Of a stretch of 64,000 nucleotides of DNA, positions 10,257 through 20,112 are shown in pieces. The stretch comes from an uncultured Clostridium sp. (GTDB lineage: Bacteria > Bacillota > Clostridia > TANB77 > CAG-508). The position numbers and the translations under genes are program-made. The DNA lies in assembly GCA_945946655.1 (NCBI GenBank), contig CAMEWM010000004.1, positions 1,809 to 65,808 on the forward strand, in the 5' to 3' direction. Below the pieces are notes generated by a model that was not told the origin of the DNA, did not search any database, and saw only the letters and a program-made list of their open reading frames with translations. Numbering within the stretch: position 1 is the stretch's first letter; each line of letters opens with the position of its first letter.

Positions 10257-10656
10257 AGAATTTACTTATAAAAAAATTTAATATTATTACTAATATTGTA
10301 AGTACTATTTTTACTGGCATTAAAGGTAATTTTAAAAGAGTATTAAATAATATTACACCACCTTCTTCTAATATCATTGTACCAGCTCTTCCTAAAATAA
10401 ACTTTCCAAATTCTCTTAGATTTGCTTTAAAACCTTTTGCCTGTGAATTAAAGACCATTTTTCTATTAGTGAAATAAGCTACTAAAATTGCAGAAATAAT
10501 TCCTATTGCACTGGATAGAGCACCGTTGATACTGAAAAAGTGATTTAATACATATGTTACTACTAAATTAATAATAGTTGTCAACACACCAAAAATTACA
10601 TATAAAATTACCTCTTTAGTACAAAATTTTTTAATTAATGCTTTTATCTTTTCCAT
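10234..10656 (-). CDS. GtrA family membrane protein
   Basis: About 140 aa with four TM helices (typical GtrA layout) and a K-rich tail. The second ATG (10656) is preferred because GGAG lies inside the first codons; the ORF track start is 10668. Confidence 0.7.
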   Translation of the reverse strand: MEKIKALIKKFCTKEVILYVIFGVLTTIINLVVTYVLNHFFSINGALSSAIGIISAILVAYFTNRKMVFNSQAKGFKANLREFGKFILGRAGTMILEEGGVILFNTLLKLPLMPVKIVLTILVIILNFFISKFFAFKKSK

Positions 10657-10826
10657 ATAAAACTCCATTTCATTTGTTTATAAAATACTAACCAAAATAA
10701 TATATTGCAGTATAGCACATAAAAATGGCTTTGTATATACTTTTTATTAAAAAATCTATTTTATCATTGGAGGGTATTGTACCACTTGAACTGTTGTTAA
10801 ACCGAAATTAGTGTTTTTTAACATTT

Positions 10827-11435
10827 TTATTTGTTATTTTTCTTATACATATTTTGGATAATTTCATTCTTTTCATTTTCTCTTTGTATCTCATAAATGG
10901 TCATATTATCAACCTTATCACCATATTTATATCTTTGAGTATCTTTATATGTTTCTACTATTGTATTTGATACACCACTTATAACTAAGAATGTGACTAC
11001 TATTGCTGCAATTATTCCCCATAAAATACTATTTAATGCAAAAGATAAAATTACAGATAAAACTATACAAACAATTAAAGTTGCTACTATAGTAGCGCTT
11101 TTATCATCTTTTTGTGATTTCAACTGTCTTTCTTTTTCAGCTTTTTCTTCCTCAGCTTTCATTTTTGCTTGTCTAAATTCTTCTTCTTCATATATCTTCT
11201 GATTTGTCATTGAAAGATATTCAGCTTTATCTATATATTCATCAGTCATCTTTTCTTTGGAGCTCGAAATATAACCCTCTGATAATAGTTGCTGAACTAT
11301 TTCTTTCCAAATTACTTTTTCTTGATGTTCAAATTCTTTAATATAATTGTTATATTCTTCTCGAGAATTAAATTCAGCCATATTTTTTTGTCGATAACTT
11401 AGTAATTTATCTCTATCTAATGTGATATATCCCAT
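10827..11435 (-). CDS. Hypothetical membrane protein (charged coiled-coil segment plus two TM helices)
   Basis: 202-aa ORF. EEEFRQAKMKAEEEKAEKERQLK segment, then TM helices IVATLIVCIVLSVILSF and WGIIAAIVVTFLVI. No family recognised. Confidence 0.45.
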   Translation of the reverse strand: MGYITLDRDKLLSYRQKNMAEFNSREEYNNYIKEFEHQEKVIWKEIVQQLLSEGYISSSKEKMTDEYIDKAEYLSMTNQKIYEEEEFRQAKMKAEEEKAEKERQLKSQKDDKSATIVATLIVCIVLSVILSFALNSILWGIIAAIVVTFLVISGVSNTIVETYKDTQRYKYGDKVDNMTIYEIQRENEKNEIIQNMYKKNNK

Positions 11436-11590
11436 ATTACATGAATCTTTTTTAATTTCATTTAATATATCTAATTCAATTGAAATATATTACTTACGTA
11501 ATATATAAAACATATCATAATTTGCAATAAAATACAATAAAACATTTGGGAGATACTCGTTTTTTATTTTCAATATTAAAAAACACCTTA

Positions 11591-11620
11591 AAAAGAGATT
11601 AGCTAAATAGCTAATCTCTT
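11591..11620 (-). terminator. Rho-independent terminator after tRNA-Trp
   Basis: Stem agagattagct/agctaatctct, with a T-run on the minus strand. Confidence 0.7.
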
Positions 11621-11625
11621 TGACT

Positions 11626-11701
11626 TGGCAGGGGTACTAAGATTCGAACTCAGACTTGTGGTTTTGGAGACCATCGTGCTAACCATTGACACTATACCCC
11701 T
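11626..11701 (-). tRNA. trnW: tRNA-Trp (anticodon CCA)
   Basis: Hand-folded cloverleaf. Acceptor stem AGGGGTA/TACCCCT, D stem GTGT/GCAC, anticodon loop CTCCAAA, T arm CTGAG-TTCGAAT-CTTAG, discriminator G and encoded CCA. Confidence 0.9.
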
Positions 11702-11797
11702 ATTTGACTTTATTATAATAGCATAAAATATAGAAATGTGCAATACTAATTTCAAAAAATATAAAAAAGAAAAGTATAGTTTAATATTATAAAATAA

Positions 11798-11826
11798 TAG
11801 ACTTTATCAATAAAATGTTGTATAAT
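11798..11826 (+). promoter_or_regulatory. Promoter candidate for ssrA
   Basis: TAGACT (11798-803), a 17-nt spacer, then TATAAT (11821-26), 10 nt before the mature tmRNA 5' end. Confidence 0.4.
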
Positions 11827-11836
11827 AATAACATAT

Positions 11837-12202
11837 GGGGATGTATTTGGTTTTCGACAGTATCCCAGAAGTATATATAGCGAGTAGTGGATGGCTGCTT
11901 CGGCCACTATAAAAAAGCAGAACTAAAAATAAACGCTGATAATAATAGAGAATTAGCATACGCTGCCTAAGCTTAGGTAGCTCGTCTTACTAGGAAGGCC
12001 TACGGTCTTGGTTAAGGCGTCAATTAGTAGGATAACAAAGCTACTTTTGCTATTGAAGTAGTAGGTATTTTTAATAGCTACTCTAAAATTACGGTTGTTT
12101 GTTAATGTGATTTTAGGGGAATACAAGAATAACAAACTGCACTCGGAGAAGTATATATGGAAAGAATATTGGACAGGAGTTCGACTCTCCTCATCTCCAC
12201 CA
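11837..12202 (+). ncRNA. ssrA: tmRNA (SsrA)
   Basis: 5' GGGGATG pairs with 3' CATCTCC-A-CCA, including the G3:U alanine identity pair. T-arm GGAGTTCGACTCTCC. Internal tag reading frame at 11935-11970 encodes ADNNRELAYAA followed by a stop. Confidence 0.92.
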
Positions 12203-12368
12203 TGATTTAAATATTTAATAAAGAAATACTAGAACTTTCAGTAACAAGAGAGTGCTAGTATTTTACAATTTACATAAAAAATGGTATAATAATATTGTAA
12301 CTCAATGTTGATCTGCTAGAATAACAATTCATTTTAGCAGTTTTTGTCAAAGAAATAAGGAGTAAAAT

Positions 12369-12782
12369 ATGTACAACGAAAGACAATTATATGGCGTTGA
12401 TATTGCAATGCTGAAAAATCCAGAACAAAGACATTTTTTAAAGATTTTAGCCGTAAACGCAAAGACAGGATATGGACTACACCAATTTGCAGTATATATA
12501 AAATACTGTCCTGAATCACATCAGTGGCTTAGAGAGGATATGACTGCTAATGGTGAAGATGAGAAGCAATTAGTGAGAAGATTTATTATTAAGAACAATG
12601 ACCATGCTATTTATTTTAATTCAATTGATTCACTACTATCTTTGATAGAGGTTTTAGACGCCGTGGAAAGAGAAAATGTTTCAGTTAACGAAAAGAAGGA
12701 AGAAAATCACAAGAAAGGTACAAGTAAAGGAATATTTAGAAGAGTAATATCTACTGTATATCAGAAAATAACAGGAAAATAA
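12369..12782 (+). CDS. Hypothetical protein (tmRNA-adjacent islet)
   Basis: 137-aa ORF. SD aaggag about 7 nt upstream. Own promoter-like TTTACA-17-TATAAT and own terminator. More GC-rich than the flanks. No family recognised. Confidence 0.5.
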   Translation: MYNERQLYGVDIAMLKNPEQRHFLKILAVNAKTGYGLHQFAVYIKYCPESHQWLREDMTANGEDEKQLVRRFIIKNNDHAIYFNSIDSLLSLIEVLDAVERENVSVNEKKEENHKKGTSKGIFRRVISTVYQKITGK

Positions 12783-12799
12783 CGAAACGCTTTGACAAG

Positions 12800-12828
12800 A
12801 AGGCACTCACTTATGTGAGTGCTTTAAA
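12800..12828 (+). terminator. Terminator after the 137-aa islet gene
   Basis: Stem gcactcac/gtgagtgc with loop ttat and a ttt tail. Confidence 0.6.
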
Positions 12829-13000
12829 CATTCAAAGTTTACGTAAATATTGATTTATTTGCAATATTATGTTAATATATGTATAGGCATAGCAATATGC
12901 AAGTAATCAACAGAGAGCACAATAAAGCTTTCAGAAAGGAGTTGTCATAAGTTAAATATGTTCGTCATAAATCGTCCAATATAAGGACAGGAGGTAAAAC

Positions 13001-13735
13001 ATGGAAAACGACACTATTTTTGTAAAACCAGAAGATTTCATATGGGACTCAGTCCAAAGAGAAATCAGAGGAAAGATTAACGGCATAAATTTTTTGGTTC
13101 CAACAAGTGAATTGTGCTTACAAAGTCTTAGATGGGATAAAACAGACTTCCCACGGGAGATTCAGCGAGTAGTTGAAAATGGTTTCGATGGAGTTGTGCA
13201 AACCTCAAAAAATGGAGAGCTTATCGTTTCAATTAGAGAATGGCAATCAAGAGCTTTTGAGCAGATAGAGGAAGGAATGATATATCAAGGTTCAATTATG
13301 TCCGTAGCACCGGATGCAATTTTTGTTGATGTTAATACATTAAGTGTAAGGGTATATGCAACAGAATGTAGCAGGGCTAGGATGAATAATGTCCAACATT
13401 TCTTCAAACCTGGAGACAAAGTCAAGGTGAAAATCGTAAAAAAAGACAAAGACTTTCCATTCCATATTTCTGGTAGCAGAAAAGAAGCATATCCCAGCAT
13501 TGCTGAAACGACTCACAATTATGAGGTTGGTCAATACATCTATGTTAAGACATGCGAACGCCTAAACAATGATGGGTACTGGGTTGAAGTTACACCTAGT
13601 ATTCCAGGCATACTTAACGGTCCGGAAGAACTACTGGATTTGATTCATCGAGGAGAAAGAATTAAAGTACGCATTATAAAGGTTGACGAACTAGGAATAA
13701 AATGCAAAATTGCAAAATGGCGACTCATAGGTTAA
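13001..13735 (+). CDS. Hypothetical protein with two S1/OB-like RNA-binding-type segments
   Basis: 244 aa. SD ggagg upstream. EGMIYQGSIMSVAPDAIFVDV...GDKVKVKIVKKD and VGQYIYVKTCE...GERIKVRIIKVD resemble S1 motifs. GC-rich relative to the flanks. Confidence 0.5.
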   Translation: MENDTIFVKPEDFIWDSVQREIRGKINGINFLVPTSELCLQSLRWDKTDFPREIQRVVENGFDGVVQTSKNGELIVSIREWQSRAFEQIEEGMIYQGSIMSVAPDAIFVDVNTLSVRVYATECSRARMNNVQHFFKPGDKVKVKIVKKDKDFPFHISGSRKEAYPSIAETTHNYEVGQYIYVKTCERLNNDGYWVEVTPSIPGILNGPEELLDLIHRGERIKVRIIKVDELGIKCKIAKWRLIG

Positions 13736-13915
13736 AATATTAAACCTGCATGACCGGAACAAGCATCAATGGCAAATCAAAAGATGTGTGTTTCCGGCCA
13801 TTTATTATTTTATAAATAAATAATAAAAATTTTTTATATGTTCACACAATTTATAAAAAGTATGTTAAAATAAATACGAAATTATTTTGAAATAGTAAAT
13901 AATATAAAAAGGAGT

Positions 13916-14767
13916 GTGATTTTTTTGAAAATTTCAGACATTAATGAATTAAGAAATATAGCTAACAATATTAGAATCGATATAATAGATGAAGTATATA
14001 ATGCGAAGTCAGGGCATCCAGGTGGAGCACTATCGATAGCAGATATATTAGCAGTGTTATATTTTAATCAAATGAATATAGACCCAGAAGAAGCAAAATC
14101 AAATTTAAGAGATAGATTGGTACTATCAAAAGGCCATGCCTCAGCTGCATTATATGCAGTTTTGGCGGAAAGAGGATATTTATCGAAAGATGATTTGAAA
14201 ACCTTTAGAAAATTAGGTGCAAAGTTACAAGGACATCCTGATATGGAGAATATACCAGGAATAGATATGTCTACAGGTTCTCTTGGACAGGGATTATCTG
14301 TAGCAAACGGTATGGCTATTGCATCAAAAATGGATAACCTAGGATGCAGAGTATATTGTATTTTAGGAGATGGAGAAATAGAAGAAGGGCAAGTTTGGGA
14401 AGCTGCCATGACTTCAAATAAATATAAATTAGATAATTTATGTGCAATATTAGATTATAATGGATTACAAATAGATGGAAAAGTAGAAGACGTAAAAGCA
14501 TTAGATTGCTTAGAAAGCAAATGGAAGGCTTTTGGATTTAATGTTATTCTATGCGATGGACACAATATAGAAATGTTGATAAATAGCTTTGAGGAAGCAA
14601 GACAAACTAAGGGGCAACCAAGTATTATCATTGCAAAAACTATAAAAGGAAAAGGTGTAGCATTTATGGAGAATAAAGCTGAATGGCATGGAAAGGCTCC
14701 AAATGAAGAAGAATATAATGAAGCAATGGAATTGTTACAAAATAAATCTGGAAAGGAGGAAAAATAA
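13916..14767 (+). CDS. Transketolase, N-terminal (TPP-binding) subunit
   Basis: SGHPGGALS, GHPD, GSLGQGLS and GDGEIEEGQVWEA motifs. The true start is probably TTG at 13925, because SD aaaggag ends at 13914. Confidence 0.9.
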   Translation: MIFLKISDINELRNIANNIRIDIIDEVYNAKSGHPGGALSIADILAVLYFNQMNIDPEEAKSNLRDRLVLSKGHASAALYAVLAERGYLSKDDLKTFRKLGAKLQGHPDMENIPGIDMSTGSLGQGLSVANGMAIASKMDNLGCRVYCILGDGEIEEGQVWEAAMTSNKYKLDNLCAILDYNGLQIDGKVEDVKALDCLESKWKAFGFNVILCDGHNIEMLINSFEEARQTKGQPSIIIAKTIKGKGVAFMENKAEWHGKAPNEEEYNEAMELLQNKSGKEEK

Positions 14768-14768
14768 G

Positions 14769-15719
14769 ATGATGTTAGATAAAAAAATTGCTACACGTCA
14801 AAGTTATGGTGAAGCTCTAGCAGAGCTTGGAGAAAAAAATACAAATGTTGTAGTATTAGATGCTGATTTATCAGGTGCTACTAAAACATCGATATTTGCA
14901 AAAAAATTTCCGGACAGATTTTTTGATATAGGAATAGCAGAACAAGATATGATGGGAACTGCAGCAGGACTTGCAACATTTGGAAAAATTGCATATGCAA
15001 GTACATTTGCAGTATTTGCAGCAGGAAGAGCATATGATCAAGTAAGAAATACAATAGCACACACAAATGCTAATGTAAAAATATGTGCAACTCATGCTGG
15101 AACAACAGTAGGAGAAGATGGAGCAACTCATCAAATGTTGGAAGATATAGGAATGATGAGAGCACTTCCTAATATGATGGTTATAAGTCCATCAGATGAT
15201 ACTCAGACTAAATGGATAATAAAAGAGATAGCAAAAATAAATGGTCCAGTATATGCACGACTATCAAGGCTATCTACTCCAATAATATATGATGAGGAAT
15301 TTATTAAACAGAATAATATAAAATTTGAAATCGGCAAAGCAATTCAAATTGGAGATGGAATGGATGCAAGTATAATTGCAACTGGAGTAACAGTAGCAGA
15401 AGCACTTAAAGCCCAAGAAAAACTAAAAGAGCAAGGAATAAATGTGAGAGTATTAGATATACATACGATAAAACCAATAGACAAAGACAGTATAATAAAA
15501 TGTGCAAAAGAGACTAAAAATATAATTACAGTAGAAGACCATAGCATTATTGGAGGATTAGGATCTAGTGTATGTGAGGTACTATCTGAGAATTATCCTG
15601 CCAGAGTAATTAGAATGGGAATAAAAGATACATTCGGAGAATCTGGCAAGGCAGAGGAATTAATGAAAAAATATCAAATAGATTGTGATAGTATAGTAGA
15701 AAAAATAAAAAATATATAA
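14769..15719 (+). CDS. Transketolase, C-terminal (pyrimidine-binding) subunit
   Basis: MMLDKKIATRQSYGEAL... and GIAEQDMMGTAAGLA motifs. ATG at 14769 follows SD ggaaaggagga and the tktN stop at 14767. The ORF-track start of 14688 is an upstream in-frame artefact. Confidence 0.9.
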   Translation: MMLDKKIATRQSYGEALAELGEKNTNVVVLDADLSGATKTSIFAKKFPDRFFDIGIAEQDMMGTAAGLATFGKIAYASTFAVFAAGRAYDQVRNTIAHTNANVKICATHAGTTVGEDGATHQMLEDIGMMRALPNMMVISPSDDTQTKWIIKEIAKINGPVYARLSRLSTPIIYDEEFIKQNNIKFEIGKAIQIGDGMDASIIATGVTVAEALKAQEKLKEQGINVRVLDIHTIKPIDKDSIIKCAKETKNIITVEDHSIIGGLGSSVCEVLSENYPARVIRMGIKDTFGESGKAEELMKKYQIDCDSIVEKIKNI

Positions 15720-15783
15720 ATATATCATTATAAATTTTGTAAATTTTTTGTGAACTTTAAAAAAAGCATAAAATGTGAAGAAA

Positions 15784-15830
15784 GTAGTAATTTAAGCCTG
15801 AAAAGTAGACTTAAATTACTATTTTTTTTT
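15784..15830 (+). terminator. Rho-independent terminator after transketolase
   Basis: Stem agtaatttaag/cttaaattact followed by T9. Confidence 0.8.
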
Positions 15831-15943
15831 GAAAAATACTATTGCAATTAATGTCGTTTATTGTTATGATAAATGAGAATAAAATGTACAATTTTAAAAT
15901 TATGCATAAATGCAATTATATACGAAAACAAGGAGATATAAAA

Positions 15944-16627
15944 ATGATAGAATTTAGAAATGTTTCTAAAGTATATGATACAGGAACTGAAGCTGTTCAT
16001 AATGCAAATTTTACAATTAATAAGGGGGATTTTGCATTTTTGGTTGGAAGTTCAGGCTCAGGAAAGTCGACATTAATAAAATTAATATTAAAAGAAGAGG
16101 AGCCAACAACAGGAAATATTATAATAAATGGAAAAGATACAACTTTTTTAAAGCCAAAGAGAGTTCCATATTTAAGAAGAAGTATGGGAGTTGTTTTCCA
16201 AGATTTTAGATTATTACCGGACAAAACTGTATATGAGAATGTAGCTTTTGCAATGTATATAGTAAGAGCAACGCCAAAACATATAAGAAGACAAGTTCCA
16301 ATGGTTTTGTCAATGGTTGGGCTTTCTGACAAAGCAAATGTATATCCAAATGAATTATCAGGCGGAGAGCAACAAAGAGTTGCTCTAGCAAGGGCTTTAG
16401 TAAACAACCCTTCAATGCTAATTGCAGACGAGCCAACTGGAAACTTAGATCCAGATACAGCATGGGACATAATGAGATTATTGAACGAAATTAATTTAAG
16501 AGGAACAACTTTAGTTGTGGCAACACATGCAAAAGACATAGTTGATAGAATGAATAAAAGAGTTATTCGTATAGAAAACGGAAATATTATAAGTGATAAA
16601 AAAGGTGGGTACGATAGTGAAGCATAG
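15944..16627 (+). CDS. ftsE: Cell division ATP-binding protein FtsE
   Basis: Walker A GSSGSGKST, ABC signature LSGGEQQR and Walker B LIADEPTG. The start at MIEFRNVSKVY is preceded by SD aaggag. Confidence 0.93.
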   Translation: MIEFRNVSKVYDTGTEAVHNANFTINKGDFAFLVGSSGSGKSTLIKLILKEEEPTTGNIIINGKDTTFLKPKRVPYLRRSMGVVFQDFRLLPDKTVYENVAFAMYIVRATPKHIRRQVPMVLSMVGLSDKANVYPNELSGGEQQRVALARALVNNPSMLIADEPTGNLDPDTAWDIMRLLNEINLRGTTLVVATHAKDIVDRMNKRVIRIENGNIISDKKGGYDSEA

Positions 16628-17516
16628 TATAATTGGTTATTTATTAGGAGAAGGATTTAGAAATGTATTTCATAATAAAAAATCTTCAGGTGCATCACTT
16701 GCGATAATGTGTGCTACCATGTTGATTTTTGGATTGTTTTTTATGATTATAGAGAATTTAAACAATGCTGTAGAAACATTGGAAACACAACAAGGAATGC
16801 AGATATTCATAGAAAAGTCTGCTACAGAATCTCAAATTACTCAAATTGGAGAACAGATACAAGAAATAGATGGAGTAAATACAGTAACATATGTGTCTAA
16901 GGAAGATGCTTTAAATCAGACTAAAGAGAAGCTAAAAAACAAACAAGCATTACTTGCAGGATGGGATGAAGATAATCCTTTTAGAGCATCATATATGGTA
17001 ACTTTGACTGATTTAAAATTAAGTTCTCAAGTACAAGAGGAAATTTTAAAAATTGATAATGTTGCAGAGATATCAAGTAGAGATGAAACTATTAATGGGT
17101 TAGTTACTATTGCAAATGGAGTAAGAATAGTATCTGCCGTTATATTAACTTTATTGGTTTTAATATCAGTATTTATTATTGCAAATACTATAAAACTAAC
17201 GGTTCATGCAAGAAGAAAAGAAATTTCTATAATGAAATATGTTGGTGCTACTGATAGTTTTATAAGATGGCCATTTATTATAGAAGGTATAATAATTGGA
17301 ATAGTAGCAGCTCTTATTTCGATTGTCGTGCTAGGAATAGCATATAATCTAATTTCAAATGCGATGGCAGGCTCAACTTTATTAAGTAAAATGGGAATGA
17401 GTTTATTATCATTTACAGATATGACAACACTATTAGTAATAGTTTACCTAACTTTAGGCATTGGAATAGGAGCTTTAGGAAGTAGTCTTTCAATGAGAAA
17501 ATACTTACAAGTTTAA
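16617..17516 (+). CDS. ftsX: Cell division permease-like protein FtsX
   Basis: Four TM helices with a large first extracellular loop, overlapping the ftsE end. GTG at 16617 follows aaggtgg; the alternative start is 16593. Confidence 0.87.
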   Translation: MKHSIIGYLLGEGFRNVFHNKKSSGASLAIMCATMLIFGLFFMIIENLNNAVETLETQQGMQIFIEKSATESQITQIGEQIQEIDGVNTVTYVSKEDALNQTKEKLKNKQALLAGWDEDNPFRASYMVTLTDLKLSSQVQEEILKIDNVAEISSRDETINGLVTIANGVRIVSAVILTLLVLISVFIIANTIKLTVHARRKEISIMKYVGATDSFIRWPFIIEGIIIGIVAALISIVVLGIAYNLISNAMAGSTLLSKMGMSLLSFTDMTTLLVIVYLTLGIGIGALGSSLSMRKYLQV

Positions 17517-17541
17517 AATAAAAAATAAAGGAGAAAAACCC

Positions 17542-18768
17542 ATGAAAAGAAAAATGTTATTAACGGTGCTGACTATACTAACAGTATTTATGCTAATATC
17601 ATCTATGGTGGTTAGTTCTTATGCAGCATTAGAGGATGACAAAAAAAACGTACAAAATAAAATAGATCAAGCTAAAAGTGATCTTAGTGATATATCAGAT
17701 GATAAAGACGAAGCTGAAACTGAGCTACAAAAACTTACTAACCAAGTAACAGAAGTTCAGAGAGAATTAGACTCTTTAAAAGCTCAAATAGAAGATTTAA
17801 ATGCCTCTATAGATGCTAAACAAAAAGAGATAGAAGATGAAGAAGCAGAAATAGAAAGAAAAGATAATTTGTTAAAAGAGAGAATGGTTGCCTTATATGA
17901 GGTTGGGGAAACCTCATATTTAGATGTATTATTCAATTCTGAAAATATATTGGACTTTTTATCTAATTATTCAATAATTCAACAAATTCTTGAAACAGAT
18001 ACAGCTTTGATAGACGAATTAGAACAGCAAAAACAACAATTAGAAAATGATAAATCTAGTTTAGAAGATGATAGGGCTAAAGTTGAACAAACCAAAGCAG
18101 ATCAAGAAGTAAAGAGCGCGGAATTAAAGACGTTACAAGATAAGAAACAAGCAGAAGTCAATAAATTATCAGCAGATGAAAAAGCAAAGCAGGCAGAATT
18201 AGACGAATATAATTCTAAATTAAGAGAAATAGACAATGCTATAGCAGAAGCTTTAAGAAAAGCACAAGAAGAAGAGAAAAAGAATAATGCTTCAACAGGA
18301 GGAAACGGAAGTAGTTTTGATGGGACCTTTGCATGGCCACTTGACTATTCACCAAGAAGAGTGACTTCTAGAATGAAATTTAGAGGAAGTAGATGGCATA
18401 AAGGAATTGATATTGGTACAAATGCAGAAACAGGAAAAAGAGTAGTAGCTGCAGCTTCTGGAACAGTTGTGTATAGCGCATACCAATCGGGAACATCGGC
18501 GAGTCCAGGTTATGGTAATTATCTAATAATATATCATGGAAATGGATATTGTTCATTGTATGCACACATGGCATCAAAATCAGTAAGCACAGGACAAAAG
18601 GTATCTCAAGGACAATTAATAGGATATTCAGGGAATACAGGAGGAGTTGCACCACATTTACATTTTGAAATAAGAAAAGCTACTTCAGTGGGAGATTTCT
18701 TTGGAAATAACTGGCTAGATCCACTTGATTATTTACCAGGAGGATATGTACTAGCTCCTGGAGCTTAA
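17542..18768 (+). CDS. Coiled-coil M23 peptidoglycan metalloendopeptidase (EnvC-like architecture, catalytic motifs intact)
   Basis: Signal/TM, about 230 aa of heptad-rich coiled coil, then a LytM domain with WHKGIDIG (HxxxD) and PHLHFEI (HxH). Confidence 0.85.
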   Translation: MKRKMLLTVLTILTVFMLISSMVVSSYAALEDDKKNVQNKIDQAKSDLSDISDDKDEAETELQKLTNQVTEVQRELDSLKAQIEDLNASIDAKQKEIEDEEAEIERKDNLLKERMVALYEVGETSYLDVLFNSENILDFLSNYSIIQQILETDTALIDELEQQKQQLENDKSSLEDDRAKVEQTKADQEVKSAELKTLQDKKQAEVNKLSADEKAKQAELDEYNSKLREIDNAIAEALRKAQEEEKKNNASTGGNGSSFDGTFAWPLDYSPRRVTSRMKFRGSRWHKGIDIGTNAETGKRVVAAASGTVVYSAYQSGTSASPGYGNYLIIYHGNGYCSLYAHMASKSVSTGQKVSQGQLIGYSGNTGGVAPHLHFEIRKATSVGDFFGNNWLDPLDYLPGGYVLAPGA

Positions 18769-18797
18769 AATAAATACATAAGAGAGGAGAAACATTT

Positions 18798-20042
18798 ATG
18801 GAAAGAAAAATACTAACGATGGTCATTATATGTTTGATATTAGTATGCTTTTCCATAAATGTTTTTTCTAACAATGAAATAGCAAATACAGAAAATGCAA
18901 CTAATATTGAAGCAAATAATATGACTTTACAAGAACAAAAACAAGATGTTGAAAATAAGCTAAATGAGTCAAATAGTAAATTAGAATACGTTAAAAGCGA
19001 ATTATCAGCATCACTTCAGAAAGTTCAAGAATTAGACGATTCTATTGCGGAATATGAACAAAAGTATAATGAAATTCAAAATCAAATATCTACACTAGAG
19101 GCTGAAATAGCAAATACGGAAACAAGTTTAAAAGAAATAGAAACTGAGTATGAAAGAAAAGAAAAGCTACTAAAGAAAAGAGTTGTAGCTCTTTATGAAG
19201 ATGGAGATACAACATATTTAGATGTGCTATTATCATCAAAAAGCTTATTTGATTTTTTATCTAATTATTATATGCTAGAGCAAATTGTTGAATTTGATAG
19301 CAATTTATTAGATGAGTTGGAAGAGAAAAGACAGACAATAGAAACTAAAAAAGCTGAACAAGAAAAGAAGAAAATGGACTTAAAAGTTGCAAGAGCAAAA
19401 GAAGGTCAAATGCAAATTTTAATGGAGAATCAAAAGATGCTTCAAGAAAATTATGCATCTAAATTAACTGACGAAGAGAAAAAATTACAAGAACAAATAG
19501 AACAATATAAAAATGAGCAGGCTGAAATAGAAAGGCAAATACAAGCAGCGATACAGTGGAGTGGAGACTTAGCAATACAATATACAGGAGGAGTAATGAT
19601 ATGGCCTGTAGGAATAGAAGGAACATACATAACATCACCATATGGTAACAGATTGCACCCTATACAAGGAGTGTATAGATACCATGATGGAATAGACATA
19701 GGAAATGCAGGATATGGAGCCCCAGTTGTAGCTGCAGCAGATGGAGTAGTGACATATACAGGAGTTATGAGTGGTTACGGAAACTGCGTTGTGATTAATC
19801 ATGGCAGTGGAATTGTAACACTATATGGACATGGACAAGAAATAAAAACAACGCTAGGAGCGGTAGTGAAACAAGGAGATATCATAATGACCGTGGGTTC
19901 AACAGGCAATTCAACTGGACCTCATTTACACTTTGAAGTTAGAAAAAATGGCGTGGCTGTAGATCCTATTCCGTATTTAAAAGGTGATGCCGATATTCAA
20001 CAAAATGCTGATAGTACTAATGAAGTGATAAATTTGGACTAG
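18798..20042 (+). CDS. Coiled-coil M23 peptidoglycan metalloendopeptidase, tandem paralogue
   Basis: Same architecture as the preceding gene, with a shared block RVVALYEDGDTTYLDVLLSSKSLFDFLSNY. LytM motifs YHDGIDIG and PHLHFEV. Confidence 0.85.
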   Translation: MERKILTMVIICLILVCFSINVFSNNEIANTENATNIEANNMTLQEQKQDVENKLNESNSKLEYVKSELSASLQKVQELDDSIAEYEQKYNEIQNQISTLEAEIANTETSLKEIETEYERKEKLLKKRVVALYEDGDTTYLDVLLSSKSLFDFLSNYYMLEQIVEFDSNLLDELEEKRQTIETKKAEQEKKKMDLKVARAKEGQMQILMENQKMLQENYASKLTDEEKKLQEQIEQYKNEQAEIERQIQAAIQWSGDLAIQYTGGVMIWPVGIEGTYITSPYGNRLHPIQGVYRYHDGIDIGNAGYGAPVVAAADGVVTYTGVMSGYGNCVVINHGSGIVTLYGHGQEIKTTLGAVVKQGDIIMTVGSTGNSTGPHLHFEVRKNGVAVDPIPYLKGDADIQQNADSTNEVINLD

Positions 20043-20112
20043 AAAGAAATAAAATGTAATAAAATAATTGTTATCTCGTATAATAAAATGAAAGGAAGAA
20101 AATAATATAAAA

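Noticed and set aside
12203-13915. Integrase-mediated island with att duplication of the tmRNA 3' end
   Set aside because: No integrase gene and no second copy of the tmRNA 3' terminal sequence (ggagttcgactctcctcatctccacca) could be found by eye between ssrA and tkt. Only the compositional anomaly is retained, as a finding.
14688-14768. Upstream extension of the transketolase C-terminal subunit ORF (start at 14688)
   Set aside because: The extension overlaps the end of tktN in another frame. The conserved N-terminus MMLDKKIATRQSYGEAL begins at 14769, right after a strong SD.
15997-16539. 180-aa minus-strand ORF antisense to ftsE; similar cases at 2119-2601 (xseA), 20601-21104 (ctp), 22697-23038 (sigF) and 26867-27247 (rny)
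   Set aside because: Each lies fully within a confidently identified conserved gene on the other strand and has no recognisable motifs. These are typical shadow ORFs.
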